Below, piece by piece: positions 1 to 13,957 of a stretch of DNA of 64,000 nt. This DNA is from the human T2T-CHM13v2.0 reference genome, Homo sapiens. The stretch lies in the NCBI RefSeq assembly GCF_009914755.1, contig NC_060942.1; one strand, written 5' to 3'. Position 1 is the first letter of the stretch, and every line of letters starts with the position of its first letter. A program made the translations under genes and the position numbers. The notes under the pieces were generated by a model. That model was not told the origin of the DNA. It saw nothing but the letters and a program-made list of their open reading frames with translations, and ran no database searches.

Positions 1-54
1 TTGGGGGAAGAATTTTCTTACTTAAAAATTGTCAGATAAATAAAACACGTTCTT

Positions 55-300
55 CCATTTATTCAACACAAACTCTGCACTAGGCACTGGAAAAGCAAAG
101 GCAAACAAGGCACAGTCCTTCCCACTGTAGAATTCAGAGTCTTTGATGGAAGATGGGCACATAACCAAATAAATGCCTTAATATGTGATGATGGCAGAGA
201 TAAATAACATATGTACGTAAAAGATACAGGGAACACATACAAAAAGATTAATCAATTCCACTTAAGATTGGAAGAGTCTTAAGGGTCTTTTAAAAAGTGA
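55..300 (-). mobile_element. L2 LINE 3' fragment (old)
   Basis: cattt attcaac...ctaggcactgg...aaacaaggcacagtcctt resembles the antisense L2 3' end; boundaries approximate. Confidence 0.5.
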
Positions 301-1320
301 TTACAAGTGGTTTCTCCACCAATGAGAACAATTTAACTCCCAAGCATTGGCTCACATTTCAACCCATCCACAATTACAGTTATATCAGTATCTAGACAAG
401 GAAATAGAGCCATAATACTTGAAATCACAACGGTCTCTGTGATTTTAAAACTCTTTGCCTTGAAAGAACTTGCGCAAATAAATTCATGAGGAAGGGCCTG
501 ACACAGGCCCCTAGATACAACAGTAGGGCTTAATGTGAAATGAGTTACTGAAGATATAAATTTGGCGAAAGGGGTCATAAGAAGTCAGTTTCAAGTTGAT
601 CCTTAAGCCACATACTTGTCCCAGCTGGACAAACCAAGGTCAATTACTCTGAACTTTGTGAATCTCAGCCAGCTCTACAATTGTATCAGGATACTACTTC
701 CTCATATTGTACAGCTCATTATTTTTAAAAGTTCAGTCTATATAATGCTCTTGGGGAAAGATTTCTTTCCTTCAGAATTGTTCAAGGAACTCTCCAAATT
801 ACAGCCTCAAATTCTTCCCCATATATTTAAACGACCTAGTAGTGACCAGAATGTAAGCTATTTATTGTTTAAAGAACCACCCCCTCTTATGAATGATTTA
901 ATGATTCTTCCAAAGGTGTGGCAAGTTTTCATCAATAAGTTGGAAGCCTTGGTTTCTCAGGTTAGTATTCTATCCATGATCCAGCCGATCACTTTATTGA
1001 TGTCCATCATTAAACATAATCCATACAGCTTGTATGGACTTCCCCTTGGTATTGACTCCAAAAACAAGAATCAGGTAAGGGTACTGTGGTCATTTCATCC
1101 ATCTTTCAAGCCAAGACACTTGTGTGTGTGCCAGAGGTTAATCCTTTTATTTAACATTTAGGGAATTAACACATAGTTATAAGGTCAATATAAGCCTTCC
1201 AATGGAAGTACTTTATTTGGTTTAATTTATTCTTCAAGGAGAAATGAACAATTCTAGGACCTTTATGAGGCAATGGATCTTTACAACATAGAAATTACTC
1301 TAAAGTTTACAATTAGTTGA

Positions 1321-1357
1321 ACACACACACACACGCACACACAAACACGCACACACA
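1321..1357. repeat. imperfect (CA)n microsatellite
   Basis: Directly visible. Confidence 0.95.
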
Positions 1358-3584
1358 TAAAGGTGCTCCATATGAGGTTAAGATTAAAATTTGGGTCATT
1401 TTTAGGATTTGTTAGTGATCATCCTTGTTTTCCCAAAAATGCAGAAGGCAGAACCAATAAGCATGGAGGCAAAATTTCTGGAAAAATATTTTACGTTAAC
1501 ATAACATTCTCAGGAAACTTCTATAATTACCAATGTTACTGAAAGGCATTAGAGGAGCAAAAATACTTTTGACGATAAAGGAGTTAGTATTGACAATCAT
1601 GCTAGGACAACAGGCATTATCCAGGACCATCCAGGAAACCAGGACATACGGTGATCACAGGTACCTCCAGTAAGGACTAATACATGGCTGCTTGTGGTTA
1701 CGACTCATTCAGGCCTTAGGGATATATTGTGTAATAATTTCATTCCACAGCATTCTGTAGGAGGTTACATTGCTCAAAGTTTAGATGTTCTATGGATCTC
1801 TTCCTGAGGTTTATTTTTATGGCCATAGTGGGCATTTGTTACCACCCACTTTGAAACTGTTCCAAACAAAAATTCTTGTGGCCATGTTTTGGGGGCCTCG
1901 GTCACCCATCTGTTCATGTACTGGAATAAACTTAAAATTATTTTTAGGGAAAATCTTGGCTTACTCCTCAGTACTTGCTCAGCCCATCACTCTGTGAGTT
2001 TGCAGTGGCCTCCTACTCTAACACATGCAAATTCATAACTACATGGAAAATTACATTATCAAAAAGGCAAAGTATAAACATTAGGCTGGGGAAAATACGT
2101 GCAAAGGAGAGTATAAGAGCTCCTGCAAAGAGACGGGTAAGCCTCCTCAGCTTCAGAGAACTCTGAGTGCTTATGGGTATCTGGGTCTTCGTTTAATAAA
2201 TTAATTTTAAAAAAAACAGGAAACAGACTCTCTGCATGCCTAAACATTCACTTGAGAGGATAAAGTGAAATTCACTGCCACTCAATACTGACTGAAAACC
2301 TTATTGAGAAAAAAAAATGTACTTAACAGAATTACCTGAAGTATATGTTTTCTATTCACTTTCCTAAAATTTGAAAATCATCCTTAAGAAGACTATGAGC
2401 TACCTTCATATCTGGACTGCACTGCTTTGGCCCCTCAAAAAATCCTCCTGCTAAGCTGAGCTGATTTATTCTGCCAACAGCCTTTACAGGGAGTAAAGGT
2501 AAAGCAACAGTCCTGTGAAGCTTGTCGTAATTATTTGTTGAGGATATTGTTCATTGTAATAATGGGCCCCTCTCTATAAGGTCCTTAGGATACATTTTCT
2601 CAGGGCTCAGAACCAGGAATGATTGTGCATATTCTGGAAAATTGGTGGCTTTATCTGATAAACACGATGGCTCATGCTTCTTTCTTAGCATTGGCTGCTA
2701 GAAATCTGAGAGCCAAATTTATAGTTTCCTAACAGTGTTTGATGACCTCATAATATGCATTTTGTTTTCTAACATCACCGGTCATTAGCTTATTATCCCA
2801 ATCTTTATTTTTTCCTTCACCATAATTCTCTCACTTATAAAAGTCCTACTGTACTGTACTTGTTTTGTGGGTTTGCAGGAAAAAGGTAAGGTTATAGAGA
2901 TACACAGTTACATGCATACCTTCAAAAGAAAGAAAGAACATACAAAATCACCCAGCCTCATTTTCTCATCTGTCAAACAAAATGGATGGGTACTGTAATC
3001 CCTCTAGTTCTAATTTTTTTTATAATTCTACATTTTTGTTTCTCAATCTGGCTGAGCTTCTGATTTCTCTGAACACCTGGAAGCCGATTCTATTTCTCAA
3101 TTTCCCCATCTGGGAAACAGCAGTAATATTTTATTTTATCCATATTCCTTAGAGCTTCATAAAACAACCTGGACTCTACAATATTCCTACTTATTCTTCT
3201 TTCCTTGACACTCATTACAAGTAGCAGGAGAACAAAGAAGTATACATCAACACTCTAAGACATCACTTGAATCACTGCTTTTATGAAAAGCTTTCATGGT
3301 AAGCCATCTCCCCCATCCCCTCTTCACCACTGCGCAGTTTCATATTAAACTAAAGAAATGCACTACTCACAGTCACCTTCCAAACCAGCCATTAAATTTT
3401 AATTTTGTTGTTCTCTGCATCAAGAGCCTAACACAAGGAAAATGTCCTTACTTTTTAGGAGATGAACTGGTACTCTTTCAACATTGATATATTAATTCAG
3501 TTGAAAGGACTAGGAGACAAGATGCAAAATTACCAGGTGCCAGCCAATGTTTGAAAAGCAGTACAACTACTGGTTGTACATGCA

Positions 3585-3800
3585 GACTTGGGGAGTCAAA
3601 TGGCCTATATTGGAATTCCAGGTCTGCCACTTACTAACTCCTGACTTTAGCCAAGTTACATAACATCTCTGTGCCTCTGTTTCCTCAACTATGAAATAGG
3701 GATAAGTTGATATAAGGATCAAATAAATTAGTACAAGTAAAGCAACAGAACAGTGCTTAGCATCTAGAGACACACAGTGTCACCTGCTAGTATCATTACT
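3585..3800 (+). mobile_element. MIR SINE
   Basis: MIR core: tctgccacttacta...aagttacataacatctctgtgcctctgtttcctcaactatgaaatagggataa. Confidence 0.75.
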
Positions 3801-5684
3801 CAGCCACCAAAGCTATAGAATTTAATGAATTCATAAGTAATATCCACAACAAATTGAGGTATAATTTTTCATACTGGAAATACAAATGCAACGGATATAT
3901 TTTCAAATAGGGTTTTTGTGTCTTGTATTTTAGATAGTAGCAACTACCAATTAGTTTTATATATACATATATGTATAAAGTATATATATATGATTAAGAA
4001 AAACTCACTTCACTTACATGTCAATTTTCTCCTAGTGAAACAGAAAGCTCCACAAGTCATCAATACTTTAAAAGATTCATGAATATATATGCATTATGAT
4101 TATGTTAGGATTTCACTATATTCATTTTTAAATATTGGCATTGGCCTTGGTCGTTTGGAGATTAAATAAAATAAATGGCATGAATAGCAGAGAATCAGGT
4201 GACAAAAAAAAAAAAGAATATGGCTAAAGTGGCCATCTGGTAAATCAATTCCCAATTCTTTGCCCAATTCACTGACATTTGCATTTTACCAAAGCTTATC
4301 CAGACCACAGAATGAATGAAACATATGGCACTTCTTATTTATGAGCGATGTTTCATGATTGACATTATAATATCTGACACAACATACATTAATTAGAAAA
4401 CATAAATTAATTAGAAAAGAATTAATTTAATTCATTAAGTAACTCTAACCGTTTGACTCTCCGTTCTCTAAATGAACAGTATCCAATTTCTCTTTTCTCA
4501 GACACCTTGAACTAGCTATATGTGCTCAGAGGAAATGATTCTTTCCTTTATTTCAGACTGACACTACAGTTTTGGTTTTATGTGGCAATTTTGGGAAATC
4601 ATTCTGAAACTCACATTATGAAACGTGAATTATGTGCCCACAGAGAATTGTTTAAATTTCCTGAGGGAACTTAATATTCACCCACGCCATATGGAGAACA
4701 GTTTCCCAGTTTCCACTGTAGCACACCTACCTGAATATATTTAGTTCTGGTCTAACTTCAGCCTCCTCAATTGATTTAGAGGCTGGTAACTTCTCAATGA
4801 CATCACTTTTTATTCTTTTTGTCATTCATTAAAGCACTTAAATCTGTGACACCATTCAGGCTTAACTTTTTCCTCTGGAAGCCAGTTGGACTAACAACAC
4901 ACAAAGCAGAGAGCAGGAAAGCTCTAGTGGAAGGCATTTCCTGACTTATCATTCTCCTATCAAACAGTTATTTTCTTGTACAAGTCACCTTTACAATCTT
5001 TTTGGGTGTTATGCTGTAACAACAGGACCTCGTTGTCTGGATATTGTCAACTTACTAACTGTATACTCCATCTAACTATCATATAGATTTATTTTTCTTA
5101 ATACCTCACCAGAATTGGAAGAGGTCAGTCTTTGCTCTAGGGTTTCCAGAAAGGTCTAGTTGCCTTATCTCATCTTTCTTCTCTAACCAACAAAATAATT
5201 TTTCTTGCTTAATCTATTTTGGCCTATTTAGTTGTTTCAGCTGATGTAATTCTTAGAGACCATCCAGTCATTACTCTAATTCTTCCAAATGTGTAATATG
5301 CCACATTTGAATAGTCCTCCAGCCCCCGCCAGATCCCACAGTCACTCACTTCTATGGGATCATGCTTCTCTGTACATTCTCACCAAAGATTTCACTATCA
5401 GATTTGCAGCCAGAAAAAAATATCATCTTCAATAACATGTGGCTCATCCCAATTGCTTTTTTACCATTTGCCTTTCTGGCTTTCCCTAGCCTGGGTTAAA
5501 CTCAGGTAATTGTCTTATGAGATTAATATATCATCCATTTTATTTGCAGTGCCCTTTCTCTCTGATCTTTCTCTTCTCCTCTCTGAAGAGAAAACCAGAA
5601 TAGCTACACAGAATGTCTCAAGTAACAGAAGCAAAAGGCATTTTCCATTGTATGTGCCATAAAATGAAAAATGTCTATTATCTA

Positions 5685-5945
5685 CTCACTCACTCAAAAA
5701 TCTTTAGTGTTGACTTCATGCTGGGCCCTATTCCAGATGCTGGGAATGTAGCAGTGAAGAAGAGCTCAAGCAAACCACTGCCCTTGTGTAGCATCCATTC
5801 AAGGGCTGAGGGTGAGAAATGGTCAGTAAACAAGCAAGATCATCATCTGCAACATGTCAGCTGGCTTCAGAGGAAAGTCAAACAGGCTAAGGGAAAAGCC
5901 CGTGGGGAAGGTGTGGGAGAGGTGAGAGAGGGGCTGTGTGAACGG
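5685..5945 (-). mobile_element. L2 LINE fragment
   Basis: ctcactcactcaaaaatc...atgctgggccctattccagatgctgggaat pattern typical of antisense L2 tails. Confidence 0.55.
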
Positions 5946-6059
5946 TGATGGTAAAACGTTCTGGATACCTTATATTGTATAGAATATTTGTTATGCACAT
6001 GCACTCTGGAGCCTGAATACTTGGATGGAATCCATCATGCTCAGGTAATAGCTGTGTGA

Positions 6060-6562
6060 CAATTCTGCTTATCTTCCGCTGCAAAACAAATTAGTTAACA
6101 CTCTGTGGCTTAAAACAATAGTCATTTATTTTACTCATGAATCTGTGAGTCAGGAATTCTTTCAAGGCAAAAGAGATAATGCTCATCTGCCTGCCATGAT
6201 GTCTGGGGCTTCAGCCAAGTGACGTGAACAGCTGGGAGCTGTAGCTGTGACAATTGGGGCTCACTGGGCATCAGTCTGTCTCAGTTGGGTATCAATCTGT
6301 CCACACTTGCCCCCTCCACTGGCTGCCTTGGGCCTCCTCCCAAAAGGAGGACCTCAGGCTTCTACATGATGTCTTAGGGCTCCAAGACCAAGTGTCCCGA
6401 GAGACAAAAAGTAGATGTTGCCAAACCTTTAAGGCCTGGACCTCTTAACGGGTGAAGTGTCACTGCCACCGTATTCTATTTGTCCAAACAGACACAGAGC
6501 TACCAAGTTCCCCTAACTCAGGGGAGTGTCAAATAATTTATGCACATTTTTAATCTGCCACA
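6060..6562 (-). mobile_element. MLT1-family (ERVL-MaLR) solo LTR inserted in a MIR
   Basis: tggcttaaaacaa...ctcatgaatctgtgagtcaggaattc ... tttaatctgccaca termini; MIR halves flank it (about 5990-6060 and 6563-6720). Confidence 0.75.
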
Positions 6563-6843
6563 GCATCCTTGGACAAACTCCATGACTTCTCAACAGCTCC
6601 ATTTCCTCAGATATTAATACAGGTAATAGCAGGATCCACCTCATAGGTTTGTTAGGGGAATAAATTAGTTAATAAAAATAAAGTTTCTGGAAGATAGTCA
6701 GCACTCAATAAATATTAGCAGTTTTATTCTTTTCAAGCCATTTTAAATATTACTTTTATTATGTTTGCTTATCAAACACTGCATTTAAAATAACACATTT
6801 CCCCTCAGACCTAGGTCAACTGGAGTTTAATAATACATGATAG

Positions 6844-7378
6844 TGTCAAAGGCGTTCGAACCAGAGAGACCCCATCTTGAGGGAGGGCTAGGAAATTGAG
6901 GCTGGGACTTGCTGGGCTGCATTCCCAGAAAGTTAGGTATTCTTAGCCTCTAGACGTTTATGGTTAAGGGAACAAATTGCTCATGTTTACTAGGCAGACC
7001 CAGACTGAGGCATGTCCTGATATTCCTATATCTTGAGAACAGATACATTCCTAATTTTGCTTTAAAGATAATAATATTGATTCTTACAAAATAGAGTAAT
7101 TAAGAAAATTAATCCTTTATCACAAACCCTTGTAGAGAGCACATCTCCCCATGATTTTTTTTATCCTGTATAAGCGAGCACTGTGTCTAGAGTGGACACG
7201 TTCCTCCCTTACTTTCAGGAACCCCCTACTCTGTGTATAGAGTAGCTTTACTTTCATCACTTTACTTTCTTAATAAACTCTCTTTTGCTTTGCATTTTGG
7301 ACTCACCCTGAATTATTTCCTGAGCAATATCTGAGAACCTTCTCTTAGGGTCTGGATTGGGACCCCTTTCCTGTAACA
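6844..7378 (+). mobile_element. MER41-family ERV1 solo LTR (MER41C/D-like)
   Basis: TG...CA termini, start tgtcaaaggcgttcgaaccagag, end gacccctttcctgtaaca, AATAAA, 4-bp TSD ATAG on both sides. Confidence 0.85.
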
Positions 7379-8327
7379 ATAGCAAAGAATCTGACATCTG
7401 ATATATCTTTGGGGGGTGTACAAACTTTGACCAGCTTTATAATGACTAACAATGGCCCCTGCTCCCTCAAGTTCCTCATCCTCTAAACAAGCACTCACAA
7501 AGCCCCGCACTTTTGCACTCTCTACCCAACAAATGGGGTGGCATTCAATGCAAAGTTCTTGGTCAGTGGGAAAGGGACTGGAGGAAAGGAAATGAGGACC
7601 ATGTGTTTTGTTACTAGTGATGGAGCTCTCACTTTGATTGCAGATGGTGAACTTATAAAAGAAAAAAAGGACTGCAGGAAATATAGTTTGTGGCCCTGAA
7701 CGACTCTATGAGAACATCCAGACAACGCCAGGGCTACTGCAAAATGGAGTTCAACACCAGGGAGTCGGGAGATTGACACTGGAGCCTTCTCCCCTGGAGA
7801 AGATTGGGACCCAAGTCAAGGCTACTTCCTCCCCACCTGCTCCTGTGTCAGATCAGTCCTGAACATCCTCACCTGCTAGCCCTCCAGTTGAACACCCCCC
7901 ACCAATAATGACCCCTGAGAGTCTTTTCATGCCAACATTGGCTGCACAGAACATGATACCACTGTCCTTGACTAGCATATGGGAAAAGAAGCCAGCATCC
8001 TCTCATCACCATTTCAGCAATTTTCCCCTCACAGGCCATTCATGAGATGTGCTACAGTGCACTTTTTCAGTTTATCTGATGAAGTGCCCTTCAAATTTGA
8101 TGCAGGGCCTCCATCTTGAGGTACTTTTCCAGAGGCAGTGATGACTAAGCCCTGGGCTATCCCCAGTATCTCATTTCGTTGCCTTTGAGTTGCCAGGTGC
8201 TCCATCTGCAAGGTGGATGATTAGAGCTGTGGGTCCAGCTCTAGTCAGGAAGTCAGGAAACAATGTACACCAGCCTGTTCATGGGCTGAACTCTAGATCT
8301 TGACCACACCAGCATGGAAGTAACTAA

Positions 8328-8662
<335 letters not shown>

Positions 8663-8700
8663 CCTATCAATATTTTTAATAACCGTTTGTAGCAAAACTT

Positions 8701-8733
8701 TTTTTTGAGACAGGGTTTTGCTCTGCTGCACAG
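8701..8733 (-). mobile_element. severely 5'-truncated Alu (about 33 bp) with TSD
   Basis: poly-T plus gagacagggttttgctctg, flanked by tgtagcaaaactt / tgtaacaaaactt. Confidence 0.75.
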
Positions 8734-9680
8734 TGTAACAAAACTTTTAAGAAACCCCAAAACATGGACTGACTGAGCTACCTAAAAGTATTAGTCACCC
8801 AATCTTCAGCAAACAGTTAACAGCAAAAATAAATATATCTTCTCATGGCAGCCCAAAAAAATAAATAAGTGAAGGAACATTATACAGGGAAACCGCAGTG
8901 CATTGACTTTACCTTTATGATGATTTTATATACCAGCATCATAAAAAATTTCCTAAAGGCTAAGCTGAAACTAAACTGCTGCTCTGATCCATGAATATAC
9001 CAACATTCAAAATAAATCAAACACATCAGGAAGATCCGTGCCTTTCCCTTATACTCCTGGTTTGAAACACCAGTGGAAAGGACAAAAAATAAACTTTGAT
9101 TATCAAGAATTTCTTGAAAAGGAAGAACACACAATAACTATTTTTTTTAAATTATAAGGCAAATACAAAATCTGATTGATTTTAATTGTTTACATTGATT
9201 TATATTCTGTTTAATGTTTCCTTTTCTCCCACTAAATTGCTGTGGAAACCTCATTTAATAGATAAGAAAACAGTATATGGAATTAATCATTGCTAATTAA
9301 ATTGCATTTAACATCTGCTGAAGACTTAGAAATGTGAAGGTTTGCGGGAGATTTTGAATCTTTATTCTCATCTCAGAGCCAGGATATCATCCCCATACCC
9401 ACAGTATTTGCCAGACAATCGGGATTAGTCAGCCAAGGAAGATGGATGAAGTGTTCCTTTTGTGGGAGCTATTTATGTACTTGTTGGATTGTCACTAAGT
9501 AAAGATAGTTTAAATGTGCATTTCCGCAAGGCGAAAGAATGAACCACAGTATCTCAGAGGGTGGCTTGTAACCATATGCTTTTTGATCTATTCAAGTTCT
9601 TTCCCCCGACTATTTACAACTAGTTGGAGAGCAAAAGAGTCGGGGAGGCTCCCAGAAATGATGTAATTGAGTATTTCCAT

Positions 9681-10060
9681 TATATTAATGTACTGCTGCA
9701 TAATAAACCGCCCCAAAACTTAGAGGCTTAAACCAATGACTTATTATTTCTCATGATTCTGAGCTTGATTGGGTAATATTTCTTCTCTTTGTGGTGAGGC
9801 TAGAATCATTCATTCGGCTGCATTTAACTGGGAGCTTTGCCTCCCTGAAGTACCTCCCATCATTCAGCAGTTTAGCCCAAACTTCTTTATGACACAGCCC
9901 CTGGCCTCAAACTCCTGGCCTCAAGCCATCCTTCTGGCTTCCAAGAGGGAGTGTTACAAATGTGCAGCACTCAGCATGCCTCCACTTGCTTCATGCATGT
10001 ACCAATGGCCAGAGCAAGTCCCATGGCTGAGCTCAGCAGCAGTCATGAAGAGGATTGCAC
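9681..10060 (-). mobile_element. MLT1-family LTR (old)
   Basis: tgctgcataataaaccgccccaaaacttagaggcttaaac...ttattatttctcatgattctg is the typical antisense MLT1 end. Confidence 0.7.
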
Positions 10061-11394
10061 AGAGTATAAATATCAGGAGTGCGGTCATTGGGGAGCACCA
10101 ACATTGCAACCTCTTCCATCCAGTCCTCTAGTGAAGGCAAAATACCTCAAACTAAGTAGACACCTCGATTATCCTTCAACATGTTAATCAGATGGAACAC
10201 ATTAGCACAACAGCTCATTTAAATGCAAGACAATATTTGTTAGAAAGTGCTTCCTCTGCCTCCTTCCAACTTCCACCCATTAATTCTATTCCTGCTTTCT
10301 TAAGAAACAGAAAAGACTAATTTATTTTCTCTTTCCAAAGATAACACTTAAAAATCCATTAAAAGGATGTCATGTTTCTCCAAACTCTTTCAAGAGTCCA
10401 TGTCTTCTATTTTCTGGCCACAGCATTTTCAGTTTCTTCCCACTAGCCTGGTCAAACTACCAACGGCAATGGATAGCTCAGTTCTATTTAAGATAAGCTT
10501 GGCTGTTCTCTTAAGTGTCTTGCAGCAGAAATACTGGCCCATTCAAAATAGTTGGGCTAACTTTTAAAACAACAACTAAGCGTCTTCCAAGACAGTTACA
10601 AAAGACTAAATAAAACACAGAGGAAAACAAAAAAGAGGGAGCTCAAAATGGGAGCTTGGCTCTGACAGGTGAATTTTCACACAGAACTGCGGCACTGAGA
10701 ACAAAACTAGCCTAGAACCACTTGTGCTATGTCATGTGGAGGTCATTCAAATGCACAGGATACAGAAACTCTTCAACGGTCTAGTCATTTCACACTACGT
10801 CGAAGCAAACCACAAAAGCAGGCCCAGGAAATTAGATTTCTCCAAGGATGGACCCAGACGACTCAGCCTGAATAAAATGATCCAAGTATGATTCTGATCC
10901 TATTCAGATATTCCCCCAGGAATACTCCAGAAGGTCTCTACAAATTCAAGTCTTTTGCAATAAACTACAGAGGCCAGAAAAGACTACAACCACTCTTGCC
11001 CAACTCAGACTATTTCAGGAAACTGTCAAACCCAAAATTGTACATTGCCTATGGAGAATTATCTGGATCTGTGAAATCATTCACTTGAACTGATTTGCTG
11101 GAGGACTTTTAGGTCAGATATATAGGTAACCTCACACTGGAACCAGCTAAACAGAAACATAAATGACAGACAAACCTCTAATCCATGCTGCAGCCAAAAC
11201 AATAATAAGGCGCTATGAATTCAAGTCTCTTCTGCAGTACTAGGCAACTAAGGGCAATTGGCTGATGGCATCTGGGTCTCTTCATCAATAATATTTCCAT
11301 ACTAAGACTTGATAATTTGAGAAAAAAACTTAGCCTCAAGTCCTGGTTAAGTCTCTGTTAGTTCAAAACCTCTCTGCTCTCCTAATTTAATATT

Positions 11395-11820
11395 GTTATT
11401 AGTTGAACTCCATAAAAACGAGCTCTAAGACAAAGACAAGCACACAAGAAATTTATTGAAAAACTCTTGGGACCAATATTTGTGTAAGGAAAGGAAAGGG
11501 AACAAAGCATGGTTGGGCAGAAGCAGAAGATGACTTCAACAAAGACCTCGGCTAACCCCTTGGGGAACTCAAGCTGGGATGACCCTTCTGGGTCCAGAGT
11601 AGGGCTGTGAAGGACAGGGCTTTACACATTTGCATTGACATTCATAGGATGCCACCTTCCCTGGAAAGGGGCGTGATCTTGAGCAAGGAAGGCCTCTCAA
11701 CCAAGGCACTTTGCAGAAGGCTATGAGCTGAGGTGTGTCTTCTTATACCACTTCCAGCAGCTGGAGAATAAGTATTTCATTTCAGAAGGAAAATCTGGGC
11801 AGCATATGCCAGAGCCAACT
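11395..11820 (-). mobile_element. ERVL LTR16-like solo LTR
   Basis: Resembles antisense LTR16 (ctaagacaaagac...tttattg...ttgggcaga...ggaactcaagctgggatgacccttc). Confidence 0.55.
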
Positions 11821-12446
11821 CTCCATATTTAATGAGATATTCTTTCTACAGCCTCACGGGTGATGTACAGCTCCCCCACAAAAAAAGTACACACTTTATT
11901 TTATACAATTTGACTCATACTCTGTTTAGCCACAGTTTGAGACCAACGTCTAAATTAAGGATTCAGAAACTGCGTTTCAAACTGATTAGGTAGCTTCATA
12001 TCCAAAATTCATACCAGATACATCAAATTCGTAAGTGCTCCTTCTTTCTGAATCCCTAATGCAATTGTCTTTGGGGCAAATATTTAATAAAAATACCACT
12101 GGCGTAATCAGGTTGCATCTGCTGAACAGGTCTACACAGAAAAATTAACAAAGCCAAAGAATAATTTATTGATTTTGAAGCAACTGGCTTTTTGAACAAG
12201 ATTTCACTAAATCTTAATATAAAAATATAACAGGACATGAAGATACTATATTATTTTTTATTGTGTCTTTATCCCCCAAAATAAGCAAACAAACAAATAA
12301 ATAAAACATTGCCCATTGTCGGTTCAGTATGCCCAATTAGTCGGAACAATTGTTTTAGCACTAAGGAGACTTTTTCTTACTCTCAATTTATTAAAGATTT
12401 CACCCCAAATTGGGATGTTTAATTTAAAGTAGCACATGCATGCGCA

Positions 12447-12472
12447 ACACACACACACACACACACATACAC
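12447..12472. repeat. (CA)n microsatellite
   Basis: Directly visible. Confidence 0.9.
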
Positions 12473-12818
12473 CCCACCCATCAGTAATACTATAGCTTCC
12501 TTGCTTATAACTAGCATATCTAAAGCCTGAAATTTGATTACTTCAAAATACTTTGACACCCCCTACTTAACATATAAAATTCAAAACCTCCTGCCCAAGG
12601 TCCTTTATTCCTACTTAAGTTGAATCACAAGGTACATGCAATCTGTGAGTCATTTTGGAAAGAGGGTTGATTTATATAATTCTATTTCCCCAACATGCAT
12701 TCTGTTTTTATTTCACTCAGTTCAATTCAACAAACCATTACTGAAGGGCTTCTGTGACCAAGATGCCATGGGAGATTCAGAAGTTAACAATACATAGATT
12801 TTAACTTGTAGATGTATG

Positions 12819-12821
<3 letters not shown>

Positions 12822-12852
<31 letters not shown>

Positions 12853-12859
12853 TGTGTGT
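12822..12859. repeat. (TG)n microsatellite
   Basis: Directly visible. Confidence 0.95.
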
Positions 12860-13739
12860 TTAGAATTCCACTAGTTAATTACAGTAGGTTGAAGCATATG
12901 AAAGTGAATGTGTTTATCTACAAACAAAAAAAGCACTTGCAGTTGGTTCAACTTACTATAGAAGACAATGTAATTATTTTTCATAATAGAATTACAATCA
13001 AGCTATTATGGGAATCCAGGAGAATAAAATGTTCATTCTAATTAGGGAAATTAAAGAAGGTTTCATTGAAGACCGCAAACTCATCCTTGATGAGTCAATT
13101 TCAGCAGCTGACTAGAGATGGTAGACAACAGCACAAAGGCACAACTTGTGCAAACGTACTTGGAGATTGCAGAGCTCAGAGCTGAGTCTGGAAGGACTGG
13201 AACATAACACTTTTATTTTATCTCAATGTTGCAAATACTCTCTCCCTGGAAGTTTTTTCTACAAAAGTATTTGGAGTTTTGTTTGGTTGGTTTAGGTTTT
13301 GATTTTTTGATGTGGGGAAGAAGGGAGCCTCCTAGAACCAAGCATGCCATATATGTGCTCTCTGCTCCTATGGAAGGAAGATTCTCAAACCTTTGAGCCA
13401 CCTCAGAAATAATATTCTGCAGCAGCTGTCTAGAGAGGCTGAGATTTTTCCTTTTAGCTACCTGGAGAATGTAGAGTTGCTATTTCAGGAAAACGGGATG
13501 AATCTCAAAAAAGTGTATATTTTATTTAGTCAATAAAAATGTCCACCCACCTATTCCACCCACACTGAACAATCAATAGGAATGAAATTTTGGCCTACAA
13601 GGGCTGAAAATAATAGGGACAAAGCAAATAAAGACACTAGAAAAGGATTAGATGTAAAATCTTAATTTCATTTACAGAAAGCATTAGTGTAAGTATTTTC
13701 ACAAATTGAGATTATTGGGTGTACCCTTTCATTCCTAAG

Positions 13740-13957
13740 ATATAAACCTAGAATTTGAAGACTTAGTAAGAAAAGTGAGATATAAAATGTCTCAACAATT
13801 TTTAAAGTGATTACATGCAGATATAACATTTGGGTATATTGGGTTAAACAACATATTAAAATTAATGTCACCCTTGTTTATTTTTTACTTTGTGTGGAAT
13901 TCAAAAATTTAATATTACACATGTGGCTTGCATTATATTTCTATCAGACAGCATTGG
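13740..13957. mobile_element. MER33-like hAT-Charlie MITE fragment
   Basis: gtatattgggttaaa...attaaaattaat...attacacatgtggcttgcattatatttctatcagacagcattg. Confidence 0.7.

Noticed and set aside
616-1161. Longest ORF (181 aa)
   Set aside because: Starts at TTG, has no recognisable domain, and its composition is typical of a chance ORF in AT-rich DNA
2860-2895. Acceptor-donor pair around a 7-nt segment (gcag|gaaaaag|gtaagg)
   Set aside because: Too short, frame-shifting and unsupported; probably chance
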